From a phage: a stretch of 64,000 nt of DNA. Below the pieces are notes generated by a model, which saw nothing but the letters and a program-made list of their open reading frames with translations, had not been told where the DNA came from and ran no database searches. Every line of letters begins with the position of its first letter. Position 1 is the first letter of the stretch. The translations under genes and the position numbers were made by a program. This document shows positions 47,309 to 56,458 of the stretch, one piece after another. The stretch lies in NCBI GenBank assembly GCA_036252695.1, contig GCA_036252695.1_4122.1. One strand, 5' to 3'.

Positions 47309-47394
47309 AAAGTACTTGCACAGTACTGAATAAAGTGTATAATGTTTTATATCGAGAGGGGAACTATTCCCCTCCTAACAAAAAGGAAAGTATA

Positions 47395-47568
47395 ATGATC
47401 CAAGTAGAATTATCAGTACTGAAAGATCTATTTTATCGGTTAGGTACTAATGGCGAGTATCCTAAAAGTGATACCGCAAAACTTTTTGTATCACTCGACT
47501 TATGGCAACGCGAACAATTAGTAATGTCGTGGCGTAAAGGTAAAGCAGATCGCGAGGTGAAAGCATGA
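47395..47568 (+). CDS. hypothetical small protein (57 aa)
   Basis: Start after promoter, hairpin gaggggaactattcccctc and SD aagga. Confidence 0.45.
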   Translation: MIQVELSVLKDLFYRLGTNGEYPKSDTAKLFVSLDLWQREQLVMSWRKGKADREVKA

Positions 47569-47714
47569 AAGAATTCTTATTCGAAGTAGTGTTTCAAGGT
47601 GTCGGTAGTAACCAACTGATTCGCTCAAGTGGTTATAATGTTAACCAGGCATGGAATAACATTAAACAAATGTACCCGAACGCTATCACATATCGCAACC
47701 CGAAAGAAGTTTAA
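47565..47714 (+). CDS. hypothetical small protein (49 aa)
   Basis: Hand-translated; ATGA-coupled. Confidence 0.35.
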   Translation: MKEFLFEVVFQGVGSNQLIRSSGYNVNQAWNNIKQMYPNAITYRNPKEV

Positions 47715-47899
47715 AAATAATTGAAAAAGGGATTGACTCCGGTCAATCCCTTTGCTATTATATACGCATAGAAACAAATTAGCCCACCGGGTGCATAAAT
47801 GTATCTATTGTTTGCTGGTGGCTAGTACTATCAAGTACTGAAAACTATTTTTAAAAAAGTACTTGCATTGTACTTAGAATCAAGTATAATGTTTTACAT

Positions 47900-47979
47900 C
47901 AGGACGGGGAACGAAATAAGTAACTTCCCGTTAAGTAGTCCAGGAGTAAGACATACGAAAAACTCCCCTGATAAAATAG
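47900..47979 (+). ncRNA. candidate structured RNA element / long leader (copy 2)
   Basis: Near-identical to 36925..37004; again sits between two tandem promoters. Confidence 0.4.
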
Positions 47980-48040
47980 TTTGACAATAGAAATTAAACG
48001 AGTATAATACTTACATCAACCACTGATAAGGAAACATAAA

Positions 48041-48316
48041 ATGCGGATTCTACTGACAGCTAACGAAATCGAACAAGTACTGACTACTAACCTGGAAGAC
48101 TGGAAACGTGAAGCAGATATCCAGTCGGTTCAATGGCTTAACGATAAGTTAACGCCGGATGACTTAAGCAAGATTGTAGATCCTCAATTCTACGAAGATA
48201 TCCACGACACCGCGTTAAGCGTCGAGGATGTACTAGATAAGCACTTTATTGATACAGATTTGCAGGTTTACGGTCGTAAAAACTTTATCACTATTCACGA
48301 CATTTACAATACTTAA
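48041..48316 (+). CDS. hypothetical protein
   Basis: 91-aa ORF with SD aagga behind second tandem promoter. Confidence 0.6.
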   Translation: MRILLTANEIEQVLTTNLEDWKREADIQSVQWLNDKLTPDDLSKIVDPQFYEDIHDTALSVEDVLDKHFIDTDLQVYGRKNFITIHDIYNT

Positions 48317-48319
48317 GTA

Positions 48320-48382
48320 TTGACAAAGTATCTTAGTACTGTATAATAGTTTACATCAAGTGAGGGGAAACGGTTCCCCTCC
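48320..48382 (+). promoter_or_regulatory. class-3 promoter plus leader hairpin
   Basis: TTGACA 48320..48325, TATAAT 48342..48347, hairpin gaggggaaacggttcccctc 48363..48382; near-identical copy ~48593..48650. Confidence 0.6.
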
Positions 48383-48404
48383 TAACAAAGAGAGAGAAAT
48401 AAAA

Positions 48405-48587
48405 ATGGCTAAGTGCACTATCTGCAAGAAAGAAATAGTATTAGTTCCAAGTGCCCGTGAACGTGCCGCTCGGTTTGGTGGCAAAGCGTCAGACTATACA
48501 AAAATGTTTACTGCCCATACAGCTTGCCAGGTAGCAAAACGTTCACAAGAAAGCGTAGAATTAATGCGTAAACTTTCCAAAAAATAA
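48405..48587 (+). CDS. small putative zinc-ribbon protein
   Basis: MAKCTICKKE...HTACQ (CxxC ... HxxC); SD gagaga. Confidence 0.5.
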   Translation: MAKCTICKKEIVLVPSARERAARFGGKASDYTKMFTAHTACQVAKRSQESVELMRKLSKK

Positions 48588-48674
48588 GTATTGACAAAGT
48601 ATCTTAGTACTGTATAATAGTTTACATCAAGTGAGGGGAATGGTTCCCCTCCTAACAAAAAGAGAGAAATTAAA

Positions 48675-48998
48675 ATGACTATGATCCTTACCCAGAAAGT
48701 AGAAATGAAAATTGTAACTTCCTTTGACATTAAAGTTAATCGGTGGACTGATAGCCACGGCAATACTTACCACTCATGCTACGTGTCTGCATTGATTGGT
48801 GACCGCTGGGAAGACCTGGGACATGAAACCTTTACTTACGGTTACGGTACACAAGGCGAATACACGGGCTTGGAGATCATTAAAGAAACCGTTATAGGTT
48901 TCAACCCGAAAGAAAAAGTTATTCACCGCATCGAGGAAGAGATCAACAAAGAAATTACAGTTCGTTACTACGATGTAAAACGTAAGAAAGACATGTAA
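48675..48998 (+). CDS. hypothetical protein (paralog of 41591..41914)
   Basis: Shares RWTDSHGNTYHSCYVS motif. Confidence 0.65.
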   Translation: MTMILTQKVEMKIVTSFDIKVNRWTDSHGNTYHSCYVSALIGDRWEDLGHETFTYGYGTQGEYTGLEIIKETVIGFNPKEKVIHRIEEEINKEITVRYYDVKRKKDM

Positions 48999-49097
48999 TA
49001 GAATCCATTTAAAGTACTATTTGACATTGCCCAGATAGTACTTTATAATAGACTCTAACTTGTAGTACTAATTAACTTAACTAATAGGATGTACACC

Positions 49098-49493
49098 ATG
49101 ATTACTAAATTCTTCGCTACCCGTGAACAAGCTCGCATCGTTGCCCGTGAAGAAGGTGAAACATTTAAAGACATGGGCAAAGATGCACCGAAAGGACAAC
49201 GCTGGGCGGTACAGTTCAAAGAGATCTCTGATATTGTGAATTCACCTGAACCAGTACTTACTGAAGCAGAACTGAAGAAAGCTCAAGAACTGGCTGAAGT
49301 ACTGAACGCTCAAGATGACTTCTTGAAAGGTTCTGATATTCAAGTACAAGTGAATAGTAATGCATGGACTCACGCGGATCACCTGGCAAACCTTAAGCGT
49401 CCAAGTGAACTGATTCGTAACCAGAAAGAGATTCGTCATGACCGTAAAGGAAACCGTGTAACAGTATACAGTAAACGCCGCCAGGTTATCTAA
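49098..49493 (+). CDS. hypothetical protein (paralog of 36056..36322)
   Basis: MITKFFATREQARIVAR..TFKDMG..RKGNRVTVY. Confidence 0.65.
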   Translation: MITKFFATREQARIVAREEGETFKDMGKDAPKGQRWAVQFKEISDIVNSPEPVLTEAELKKAQELAEVLNAQDDFLKGSDIQVQVNSNAWTHADHLANLKRPSELIRNQKEIRHDRKGNRVTVYSKRRQVI

Positions 49494-49555
49494 TAACTTT
49501 GCAGTACTAACAACACGGCGGGAACTATTCCCGCCTTTTTTATAGGATAAACAAA

Positions 49556-49810
49556 ATGATTAAGGTTCAACTATCAAACGATAATGTATTACGGGTACAC
49601 TATAAAGCCCCACAGAGAATCATCACAAAGGCCGTACAGCTTGCTAATGAGTTTATTAATGGTAGTCTATTGCCTAGGAAGTTAAGCAACGGGAAACTAC
49701 GTGTTATCGATGTAGACACTAACAATAGAATAGTGATCGAGAGTACTGGAAAAATTAATCTATATGAACACCAACAATACAATAAAAAAATAAAACTAAT
49801 ATCACGTTGA
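49556..49810 (+). CDS. hypothetical protein
   Basis: 84-aa ORF after hairpin ggcgggaactattcccgcc plus T run. Confidence 0.5.
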   Translation: MIKVQLSNDNVLRVHYKAPQRIITKAVQLANEFINGSLLPRKLSNGKLRVIDVDTNNRIVIESTGKINLYEHQQYNKKIKLISR

Positions 49811-49868
49811 CAGTACTCAAATGTTTTAGTATTATGTATCTATACCAACACAGAGAGAGAGAAACAAA

Positions 49869-50087
49869 ATGAAATTATCTAAAATCGAAAAGAAAACTAT
49901 TGATGAAGCAGTGAAGCACGGTTATACCTTTCGTAATGATTCACACTTCACTAGTTTTCAACAGGGAAACCGTACCATCAAAAAACTCATTGATAAAGGT
50001 TTACTCACTAAGGTTGATAACGGGAACGGTGTAGAATATCAACCGACAGAAGACGCATTATCACTAAAGAAATATTCTATTATCTAA
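49869..50087 (+). CDS. hypothetical protein
   Basis: 72-aa ORF with SD gagaga. Confidence 0.55.
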   Translation: MKLSKIEKKTIDEAVKHGYTFRNDSHFTSFQQGNRTIKKLIDKGLLTKVDNGNGVEYQPTEDALSLKKYSII

Positions 50088-50144
50088 TTGACAGTACTCA
50101 AATGTTTTAGTACTATGTACGCATACCAACACGGGGAAAACAAA

Positions 50145-50387
50145 ATGATTACTTTAGAAAAACGTATCAAAGAGACTACAACGCTGGTGGAACTGTTAAC
50201 CGTTCTTAAATGCCGGGTAACTCCATTCAGTACACCGGACTTTATCAACATGGTGGACGTTAACGGTCGATATCGTATTGCGGTCGAACAAGGTACGGCA
50301 AAAGTATTCAGTACTAAAAATACGCGTGAAGTATTCCACGCAGTTCAAGTAAAAAAAGTAGTTGCCATTGATAGTAAAGTACTGTAA
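50145..50387 (+). CDS. hypothetical protein
   Basis: Start MITLEKR after SD gggga; upstream ~35 nt nearly identical to the region before 49869. Confidence 0.5.
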   Translation: MITLEKRIKETTTLVELLTVLKCRVTPFSTPDFINMVDVNGRYRIAVEQGTAKVFSTKNTREVFHAVQVKKVVAIDSKVL

Positions 50388-50418
50388 TATAGTTTCATTA
50401 ACTCAAGGAGTCAACACA

Positions 50419-51003
50419 ATGCGTAACTATACTAAATTCATCCGTTCACTTCATGCAATGGAAACCAACAAAGAGATCCTTTCAGCTTGTCGGTTAGCTG
50501 GACTGGAGATCGTCGGTGCGGGTTCTTCCCGTATTGTATTCGCTTTAAATGATCGGTTAGTGATTAAGGTCGCGAATTGTGATGCGGGTGTAGAACAAAA
50601 TGAAACTGAATGTAAGGTATGGAATTTTTTAGATTATGACCGTCCGCACCTTAAACAGTACTTTGCTAAAGTGCATATGCATTTATGCGATCCTGATAAT
50701 CTGTTTATTGTTATGGATCGTTTGAGTACTGCAAGCAAAGGCAGTGTAAAGCATGTAAACGCGTGCAATGAGTTAAAGTACAATATTAAACGTAATACGG
50801 TAGAACGCCATCACCATTTCGCTGATGCTCTCAATCACGTTGATGATACATTATCCACACTAACGATAAGAGATATCAGAAAACAGAATATCGGCCAGGA
50901 TCGCAACGGCTTGATTAAAGTACTTGATTACGGTTTAACCCGCAATATCTGGAATCAGTACTATAAAAAACGTGATGTTAACGCGATAACTATAACACGA
51001 TAA
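50419..51003 (+). CDS. protein-kinase-like protein (putative Ser/Thr kinase)
   Basis: Gly-rich loop VGAGSSRIV, VAIK-like VIKVA, catalytic-loop-like IRDIRKQN, DFG-like VLDYG, in the canonical order; strong SD aaggag. Confidence 0.6.
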   Translation: MRNYTKFIRSLHAMETNKEILSACRLAGLEIVGAGSSRIVFALNDRLVIKVANCDAGVEQNETECKVWNFLDYDRPHLKQYFAKVHMHLCDPDNLFIVMDRLSTASKGSVKHVNACNELKYNIKRNTVERHHHFADALNHVDDTLSTLTIRDIRKQNIGQDRNGLIKVLDYGLTRNIWNQYYKKRDVNAITITR

Positions 51004-51227
51004 AAAAGATTAAAAAAGGGATTGACTCCAGTCAGTCCCTTTGCTATTATATATTCATTGAGAGATAACTCACTGACCCATAGGGTGCGGAAGTGTATCT
51101 ATTATATAAGTATTCAGTACTGAAAACTATTTTATAAAAAGTACTTGCAAACTATCTCAATGAGCGTATAATGTTTTATATCGAGAGGGGGAAATGGTTC
51201 TCCCTGGTACTAAAAGGAATCAAGACG

Positions 51228-51449
51228 ATGACTACTATGACATGCGTTCACGCTTCAAATCTTCTGAATGATGCAGCATTTAAAGCAGGTGAAGAATATC
51301 AATGCTATCGGGATGAAAATAAAAAAGTTTTCGTCGTTGATGCTAACGGTTTCCATATTGAATTACAATCCGGCTTCACTGGTGTTGATGGTAAATCAGT
51401 ATGGGGCGTACAGGATGATAACGGTACATATCATTTTAAACGTAATTAA
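51228..51449 (+). CDS. hypothetical early protein
   Basis: Promoter, hairpin gagggggaaatggttctccct, SD aagga. Confidence 0.55.
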   Translation: MTTMTCVHASNLLNDAAFKAGEEYQCYRDENKKVFVVDANGFHIELQSGFTGVDGKSVWGVQDDNGTYHFKRN

Positions 51450-51533
51450 GTATTGACAAAGTATATCAGTACTGTATAATAGTTTACATCAAGGGGAGAA
51501 TAGCTCTCCCCACCAATAAAAGGAAACAAAATT

Positions 51534-51806
51534 ATGTCCAGCTACTCCGCTACTATGATTATTAAAGATATGAACGGTAATCCTACTTCTGCTGGTGGAT
51601 CATTTGGTAACATTAATTTAGATGGGCGGTTATCAATTGAATCAGCCATCAATGCAGCGAAAGAAGTTTTTAAGAATGAATGTACTGTAAGCAAACTGGA
51701 TTATATGGGCTTCGCTATCGAGAAAACTAATCGTTTTGTGGACTACAAAAAACCACTGATGATTGATACTAACCTGAAAGCAAACGAAGTGGAATACTTA
51801 TTATGA
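51534..51806 (+). CDS. hypothetical early protein
   Basis: Class-3 promoter, hairpin ggggagaatagctctcccc, SD aagga. Confidence 0.6.
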   Translation: MSSYSATMIIKDMNGNPTSAGGSFGNINLDGRLSIESAINAAKEVFKNECTVSKLDYMGFAIEKTNRFVDYKKPLMIDTNLKANEVEYLL

Positions 51807-51994
51807 CAGTAGAAGAAGTTAAAAAAGTACTGGCAGTACTACGCTATCATAATCATTGTAAGGTGAAGAATGATCCTGATTATCTTGATTCATCGCTGGA
51901 AGAGGATACACTACAAGCAATAAGCCATATGCAAAAAATGCTTAAGCGTATGACCGAAAAGAACAGGCCGGACTATATCGGAAATAAAATTTAA
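51803..51994 (+). CDS. hypothetical protein
   Basis: ATGA-coupled 63-aa ORF. Confidence 0.5.
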   Translation: MTVEEVKKVLAVLRYHNHCKVKNDPDYLDSSLEEDTLQAISHMQKMLKRMTEKNRPDYIGNKI

Positions 51995-52077
51995 AAAGTA
52001 CTTGCATTGTAAGTAAAACAAAGTATAATGTTTTACATAGGGGGAGATATCCTCCCCCACTAATAAGGAGTACTAAA

Positions 52078-52302
52078 ATGGCTAACTTTGATGAACTGAT
52101 GCGGGAAGTAGCTACCCTGGCAGAAGAGAAGAAATCATTTGATTCTATCTATAACACCGCTTACAGTGATTCAGTACTGGCATGTACTCAGGATCAAAAA
52201 GATGAACTGATCGCCACCTATCATGAAGCATGGAAGTATTACCGCCAATGGGAGAAAGAAGAAAGCGAGTCTACCATCAACGGCATCAATAATCTAATCT
52301 AA
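52078..52302 (+). CDS. hypothetical early protein
   Basis: Promoter, hairpin gggggagatatcctccccc, SD aaggag. Confidence 0.6.
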   Translation: MANFDELMREVATLAEEKKSFDSIYNTAYSDSVLACTQDQKDELIATYHEAWKYYRQWEKEESESTINGINNLI

Positions 52303-52377
52303 AGTTTTATTTCAGTACTATTGACAATGCGTGATAGTACTGATGTAATAACTTTACTAACTACAAGGGGAAACATA

Positions 52378-52635
52378 ATGGAACAGTTCACACAATATCG
52401 GGTAAATCCTCAAGCTATGGCCTACGTAGAAGACCATAAAACATTACCAGTACAGACACCAATCAAAGGCCGTATCTATCGTGCTATGCAGTGGAATAAC
52501 GCCTATAATGGCTATAAAGCGGTAGCGGCTGCAATGTACTTAGGGGATGGCGAATGGTTTGATCCAAATAATCCTGGTGCACTAGATAGTACTGAACAAA
52601 TGACATGGGCCGACTATATCGAAGATATTTCATAA
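52378..52635 (+). CDS. hypothetical protein
   Basis: Start MEQFTQYR after class-2 promoter and SD ggggaaa. Confidence 0.55.
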   Translation: MEQFTQYRVNPQAMAYVEDHKTLPVQTPIKGRIYRAMQWNNAYNGYKAVAAAMYLGDGEWFDPNNPGALDSTEQMTWADYIEDIS

Positions 52636-52723
52636 AAACTATTTGACAGTACTACAAGATAATGTATAATGTTTTACATAGAGCGGGGGAATAGTTCTCC
52701 CGCACCTTTAGGAGTAAAACATT

Positions 52724-52924
52724 ATGTCAATCGCTAACGAATTGGTTGCAGTACTGAATGAAGCAAAAGCCAACTGCATCGATGTACAGATCAAAGAGCT
52801 TGGCAATGGCTTGATCGGCTGTACTTGTACAGTGCAAACGGCTACCGATTATCGGGAAGTGGAATCACTCGAATCACTGGTACGGTATATTAAAATCCTG
52901 GTAGAAGATTGGAGAATCATCTAA
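52724..52924 (+). CDS. hypothetical early protein
   Basis: Promoter, hairpin gcgggggaatagttctcccgc, SD aggag. Confidence 0.55.
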   Translation: MSIANELVAVLNEAKANCIDVQIKELGNGLIGCTCTVQTATDYREVESLESLVRYIKILVEDWRII

Positions 52925-53182
52925 CAAAAAAGAATAAAAAAAAGGGATTGACTCCGGTCAGTCCCTTTGCTATTATATACGCATAGACAAAAACTAGCCC
53001 ACAGGGTGCAGAGAAGTATCTATAAGATAGTTAATAACGGTGAGTAACTATCTGCTGGTGGATGTAATGCCAGTACTCAAAACTATTTCAAAAAAAGTAT
53101 TGACAAAGTATATCAGTACTGAGATAATGTATCTCGTAGGGCGGCAATAGTGCAGCCCACCTCCAAAAGAGCGAGATATAAA

Positions 53183-53398
53183 ATGGCGTTAACCAAACAA
53201 GAAATTATCGACCGTATCAAAGAGTCAACTGGCTGGTATGTTGGGGACCGTTTAATTGTTAAAGTTCTCGATTATTCAAATAATCCTCTTGCACCGGAAC
53301 CAGTGGCATACAAATTATCCTGGATATCTGCGTTTAGCGGTAAGCGTGAAAGATGTGTGTACTATCCGAACACAGTCGGGCTACAGTTCTGTAAATAA
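53183..53398 (+). CDS. hypothetical protein
   Basis: Start MALTKQE after class-3 promoter and hairpin gggcggcaatagtgcagccc. Confidence 0.5.
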   Translation: MALTKQEIIDRIKESTGWYVGDRLIVKVLDYSNNPLAPEPVAYKLSWISAFSGKRERCVYYPNTVGLQFCK

Positions 53399-53498
53399 AT
53401 TTTAATAGAAAAAGTATTGACAAAGTATATCAGTACTGCAATAATGTATCTCGTAGGGCGGCAATGGTGCGACGGCCCACAAAGTTAGGAGATTCACC

Positions 53499-53825
53499 AT
53501 GAGTACTTCAATCGCTATCGTTAAAGCTTTCATCCGTACCAATTTCGACCGCATTACTGTTGATGGTAATGATCGGGAAGTAGAATACTCTTTCATTGTT
53601 GCACAAACCGCAAACGGTGCACGCTATATCTTAAACGATAGTGAAGCTAACCACTACTTCTATAATAAAGGATTACACTACATCCCTAGCGAAGTAGTCT
53701 ACAGTAAGATGAATAAGCTGGTAGACAAGATTAACGCTAAAGGTACTATCGATTTACAGTACTGGACCGAAACCGATCCAGAATACGGATCACATCGTTA
53801 CCTGAATCCAGGAATTAAAATGTAA
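53499..53825 (+). CDS. hypothetical protein
   Basis: 108-aa ORF, SD aggaga, class-3 promoter upstream. Confidence 0.6.
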   Translation: MSTSIAIVKAFIRTNFDRITVDGNDREVEYSFIVAQTANGARYILNDSEANHYFYNKGLHYIPSEVVYSKMNKLVDKINAKGTIDLQYWTETDPEYGSHRYLNPGIKM

Positions 53826-53914
53826 AAAGTACTTGCATTGTACTTAGAATCAAGTATAATGTTTTACATAGAGAGGGGGAAATGGTTCTCCCTCCTAAAT
53901 TAAGGAGTTTTATC

Positions 53915-54316
53915 ATGACCTTCTCAATCACTTCCTTCGCTGACGTTTTAGTACTGGCTCGGACTTTTGGTAAAGATGCACTGGAGTACGCTGTAAGTAA
54001 TGGCACTCTCCAACCGGAACAATGCCGCATCATTGGAAACTGCAAACGTTGGGCGGTATCCAATACTATTGCACTAGAAAACTTCAACGATGGTAACAAT
54101 GAGTATTCAGTTGATGCAGTATTCGAAGCCGTTGATCTTGGCGGTATCTATAACACTAACCTAAATGATGTGCGTATCGTTCGCACGGGGTTCGGTGCTT
54201 ATGATGTATCTATCCGTGAAGCTATGAACACCGGATACATTAGTAAGGACTTACTTGCTCACATCATGCAGCTATGGACGGAACGTAACGAAGCACGCAC
54301 TATCTTAGGGCTGTAA
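53915..54316 (+). CDS. hypothetical protein (133 aa)
   Basis: Promoter, hairpin gagagggggaaatggttctccctc, SD aaggag. Confidence 0.65.
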   Translation: MTFSITSFADVLVLARTFGKDALEYAVSNGTLQPEQCRIIGNCKRWAVSNTIALENFNDGNNEYSVDAVFEAVDLGGIYNTNLNDVRIVRTGFGAYDVSIREAMNTGYISKDLLAHIMQLWTERNEARTILGL

Positions 54317-54384
54317 GCATTACACATCACCAAACATCATAGGCCGCTCTCTAGCGGCCTTAACTATATCAGGAGGGCATACAT

Positions 54385-54594
54385 ATGTTCTATACAGTAT
54401 ACAGCGTTCTAGGTACTATTGCTGGCGTACATGATAACGTCAGTGATGCTATGCGTACAGTACTGCAACAGGTTCCACTAAAGCCTAAGACTGTTAAGCA
54501 GATGACAGCACGACTAACCAGGGCGACGGATGGCGTGGAAGTATGGCAGGACTACGGGGATACACAGATAATCGTTAGCGTAACGAAGGATTAA
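54385..54594 (+). CDS. hypothetical protein
   Basis: 69-aa ORF with SD aggagg; preceded by hairpin ggccgctctctagcggcc. Confidence 0.55.
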   Translation: MFYTVYSVLGTIAGVHDNVSDAMRTVLQQVPLKPKTVKQMTARLTRATDGVEVWQDYGDTQIIVSVTKD

Positions 54595-54785
54595 TGCGTA
54601 AAGGGATCTAGTACTGATTCAGAAAAAAGTCAAGGCGTTTTTAAAATAATGCGTTAAAAAAATGCATAGGTAATCCCTTGACTTTTTTAAAATAAAAGGG
54701 ATTGGACTATGGCAAAATGCGTAGGGGGCTAAAGGGCGGGTAACCTTAGCGACTTCGATAAAGGGGTATTACGAATAAAATGTTA

Positions 54786-54813
54786 TTGACTTTTTATACA
54801 ATTCATATATTAT
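54786..54813 (+). promoter_or_regulatory. promoter of the Fam-L array
   Basis: TTGACT 54786..54791, ~16-nt spacer, TATTAT; follows intergenic repeats aaagggat / atcccttgac. Confidence 0.5.
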
Positions 54814-54843
54814 ATGATTGATATTATTTTCAAGGGAGTCCCT

Positions 54844-55041
54844 ATGCGTATTTTAACTCAAGCAGAACACCACGAAAGACTTATCAATAACATGGCTATG
54901 ATAATGTATAAGTCACATGACCGTGGTATTGCCTATAAGCGTGAATTAATTATGGCACTATTCATTGGGACTAACTATCAGGAAAGGTATGTCAAGGATT
55001 GGATTTGGTATTTAATTGAAGATGTAACGAGTAAACTATGA
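54844..55041 (+). CDS. Fam-L (LGTNYQ) small protein
   Basis: Start at Met after SD aggga; FIGTNYQERYV motif. Confidence 0.6.
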   Translation: MRILTQAEHHERLINNMAMIMYKSHDRGIAYKRELIMALFIGTNYQERYVKDWIWYLIEDVTSKL

Positions 55042-55238
55042 AAATGCGTAAATTAACCGAAAAAGAATATCAAGCACTGTTACGTAAAAACTTCACAAAG
55101 ATTTATAATACAGACTCACACGTAGAACGAATGGAGTTATACCTTTTGATTACATTGGGAACTAACTATCAGGATGCATGGGTAACGAAATATGTGGATA
55201 CATTGAAAAATGAAATTTTGTCCACGAGGAAACAATGA
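55038..55238 (+). CDS. Fam-L small protein
   Basis: ATGA-coupled; LGTNYQDAWV. Confidence 0.65.
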   Translation: MKMRKLTEKEYQALLRKNFTKIYNTDSHVERMELYLLITLGTNYQDAWVTKYVDTLKNEILSTRKQ

Positions 55239-55444
55239 AAACTATAACACGAACCCAATCATACGGTCTTATCTTGAAATACATGGACTTAATGGTGGAT
55301 ATCAGCAAAGACCTTCCTAAAACTGAAATTGAAGTTGCAAGAGCAGAGATCCGTATGTTGGCTGTACTGAACACAAACCATCAGGAAGAGTATGTTCAAG
55401 ATTGGATTCGATTTTTAATAGAAGATATTAAGAGTAAACTATGA
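55235..55444 (+). CDS. Fam-L small protein
   Basis: coupled; LNTNHQEEYV. Confidence 0.65.
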   Translation: MKTITRTQSYGLILKYMDLMVDISKDLPKTEIEVARAEIRMLAVLNTNHQEEYVQDWIRFLIEDIKSKL

Positions 55445-55653
55445 TTATATTAACACCTGAAGAATATAAGAAACGTTTTAAATCTGTCCAGGCTGAAATA
55501 TTACTTATATACCTTTCAAATGCAGATCTTAACTTATCAAGGGTAATGGAGAAGGATTTACTTATGGGTGCATTTTTGGATACAGACTTTCAGGAGTATT
55601 ATGTAGGAGAATACTTTATTGCACTTCAGAACCACATTAAGAGTAAACTATGA
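55441..55653 (+). CDS. Fam-L small protein
   Basis: coupled; FLDTDFQEYYV. Confidence 0.65.
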   Translation: MIILTPEEYKKRFKSVQAEILLIYLSNADLNLSRVMEKDLLMGAFLDTDFQEYYVGEYFIALQNHIKSKL

Positions 55654-55865
55654 TTATTCTAGAAAAATCATATCAATATACTGAACGCATCGCTGCCAGA
55701 CAACTTGAAATCCTCATAATATACGAAGAGACTTCTGATTTAAACTTAGCCGAGGTATTGGAAAATGAAATACTTTTGGGTGCATTCTTGGGAACAGACT
55801 ATCAGGAGTATTATGAGGAAAAGTATTTGTCATCTCTTGAGAAATACGTCAGGAGCAAACTATGA
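55650..55865 (+). CDS. Fam-L small protein
   Basis: coupled; FLGTDYQEYY. Confidence 0.65.
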   Translation: MIILEKSYQYTERIAARQLEILIIYEETSDLNLAEVLENEILLGAFLGTDYQEYYEEKYLSSLEKYVRSKL

Positions 55866-56089
55866 AACATTTAAGTAATATAGAGAAGAATAAAATTATC
55901 ATTGCTGTAATAAACAAATATTTTACACTTCCACAAAAAGAATGTTTATCTATAAGGGAACACAGGATAAACACCACCGAGATTCGCATGTTGGCTGTAC
56001 TGGGGACTAACTTCCAAGAAGGCTATGTTCATGAGCACATCGTTGCACTCACTAATTACATAATGGACAAATGTAATGAACATCATTAA
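55862..56089 (+). CDS. Fam-L small protein
   Basis: coupled; LGTNFQEGYV. Confidence 0.65.
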   Translation: MKHLSNIEKNKIIIAVINKYFTLPQKECLSIREHRINTTEIRMLAVLGTNFQEGYVHEHIVALTNYIMDKCNEHH

Positions 56090-56300
56090 TAACTTTGAAT
56101 ACGAGGCCCGTGCTAAGAGTGCCAGAAAAAAAGAGAACACCATTTACTTCACTATGATGTACTTACAATGGACTGAAATTGAAGAAAAGGTTGCTGAAGT
56201 ATGGATGTTGGAATTCATGGGGACGCAGTATCAGAATAGGTTTGCGGGTGAGTATATCAATGTTCTTATGAAACAAATAGAAAGAAAGGAAAAGAACTAA
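56076..56300 (+). CDS. Fam-L small protein
   Basis: overlapping start; MGTQYQNRF. Confidence 0.6.
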   Translation: MNIINNFEYEARAKSARKKENTIYFTMMYLQWTEIEEKVAEVWMLEFMGTQYQNRFAGEYINVLMKQIERKEKN

Positions 56301-56458
56301 TGGTTTTCATTAACATATCTGACCAACTCGATACTAAACTAAAAGTCGAGCAGAGTGAGGGATGGATGCTGTACTTTCTTGGAACTTCTCATCAGAATTT
56401 TTATGTCCATGAACACATAGTTGCACTCACAAATCTAATAAGGGATAAATGTAAATGA
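56300..56458 (+). CDS. Fam-L small protein (52 aa, below cutoff)
   Basis: Hand-translated MVFINISDQ..FLGTSHQNFYV; TAATG-coupled. Confidence 0.5.
   Translation: MVFINISDQLDTKLKVEQSEGWMLYFLGTSHQNFYVHEHIVALTNLIRDKCK

Noticed and set aside
35215-53882. 5' extensions of many track ORFs in the early block (e.g. starts at 35215, 35689, 36020, 37740, 40695, 42714, 43305, 47066, 48360, 51171, 53882)
   Set aside because: The listed start codons lie inside the -10 box or leader hairpin (recurrent translated MFYIE.G / ..GNSSP.. peptides); the true start is the downstream Met preceded by an SD.
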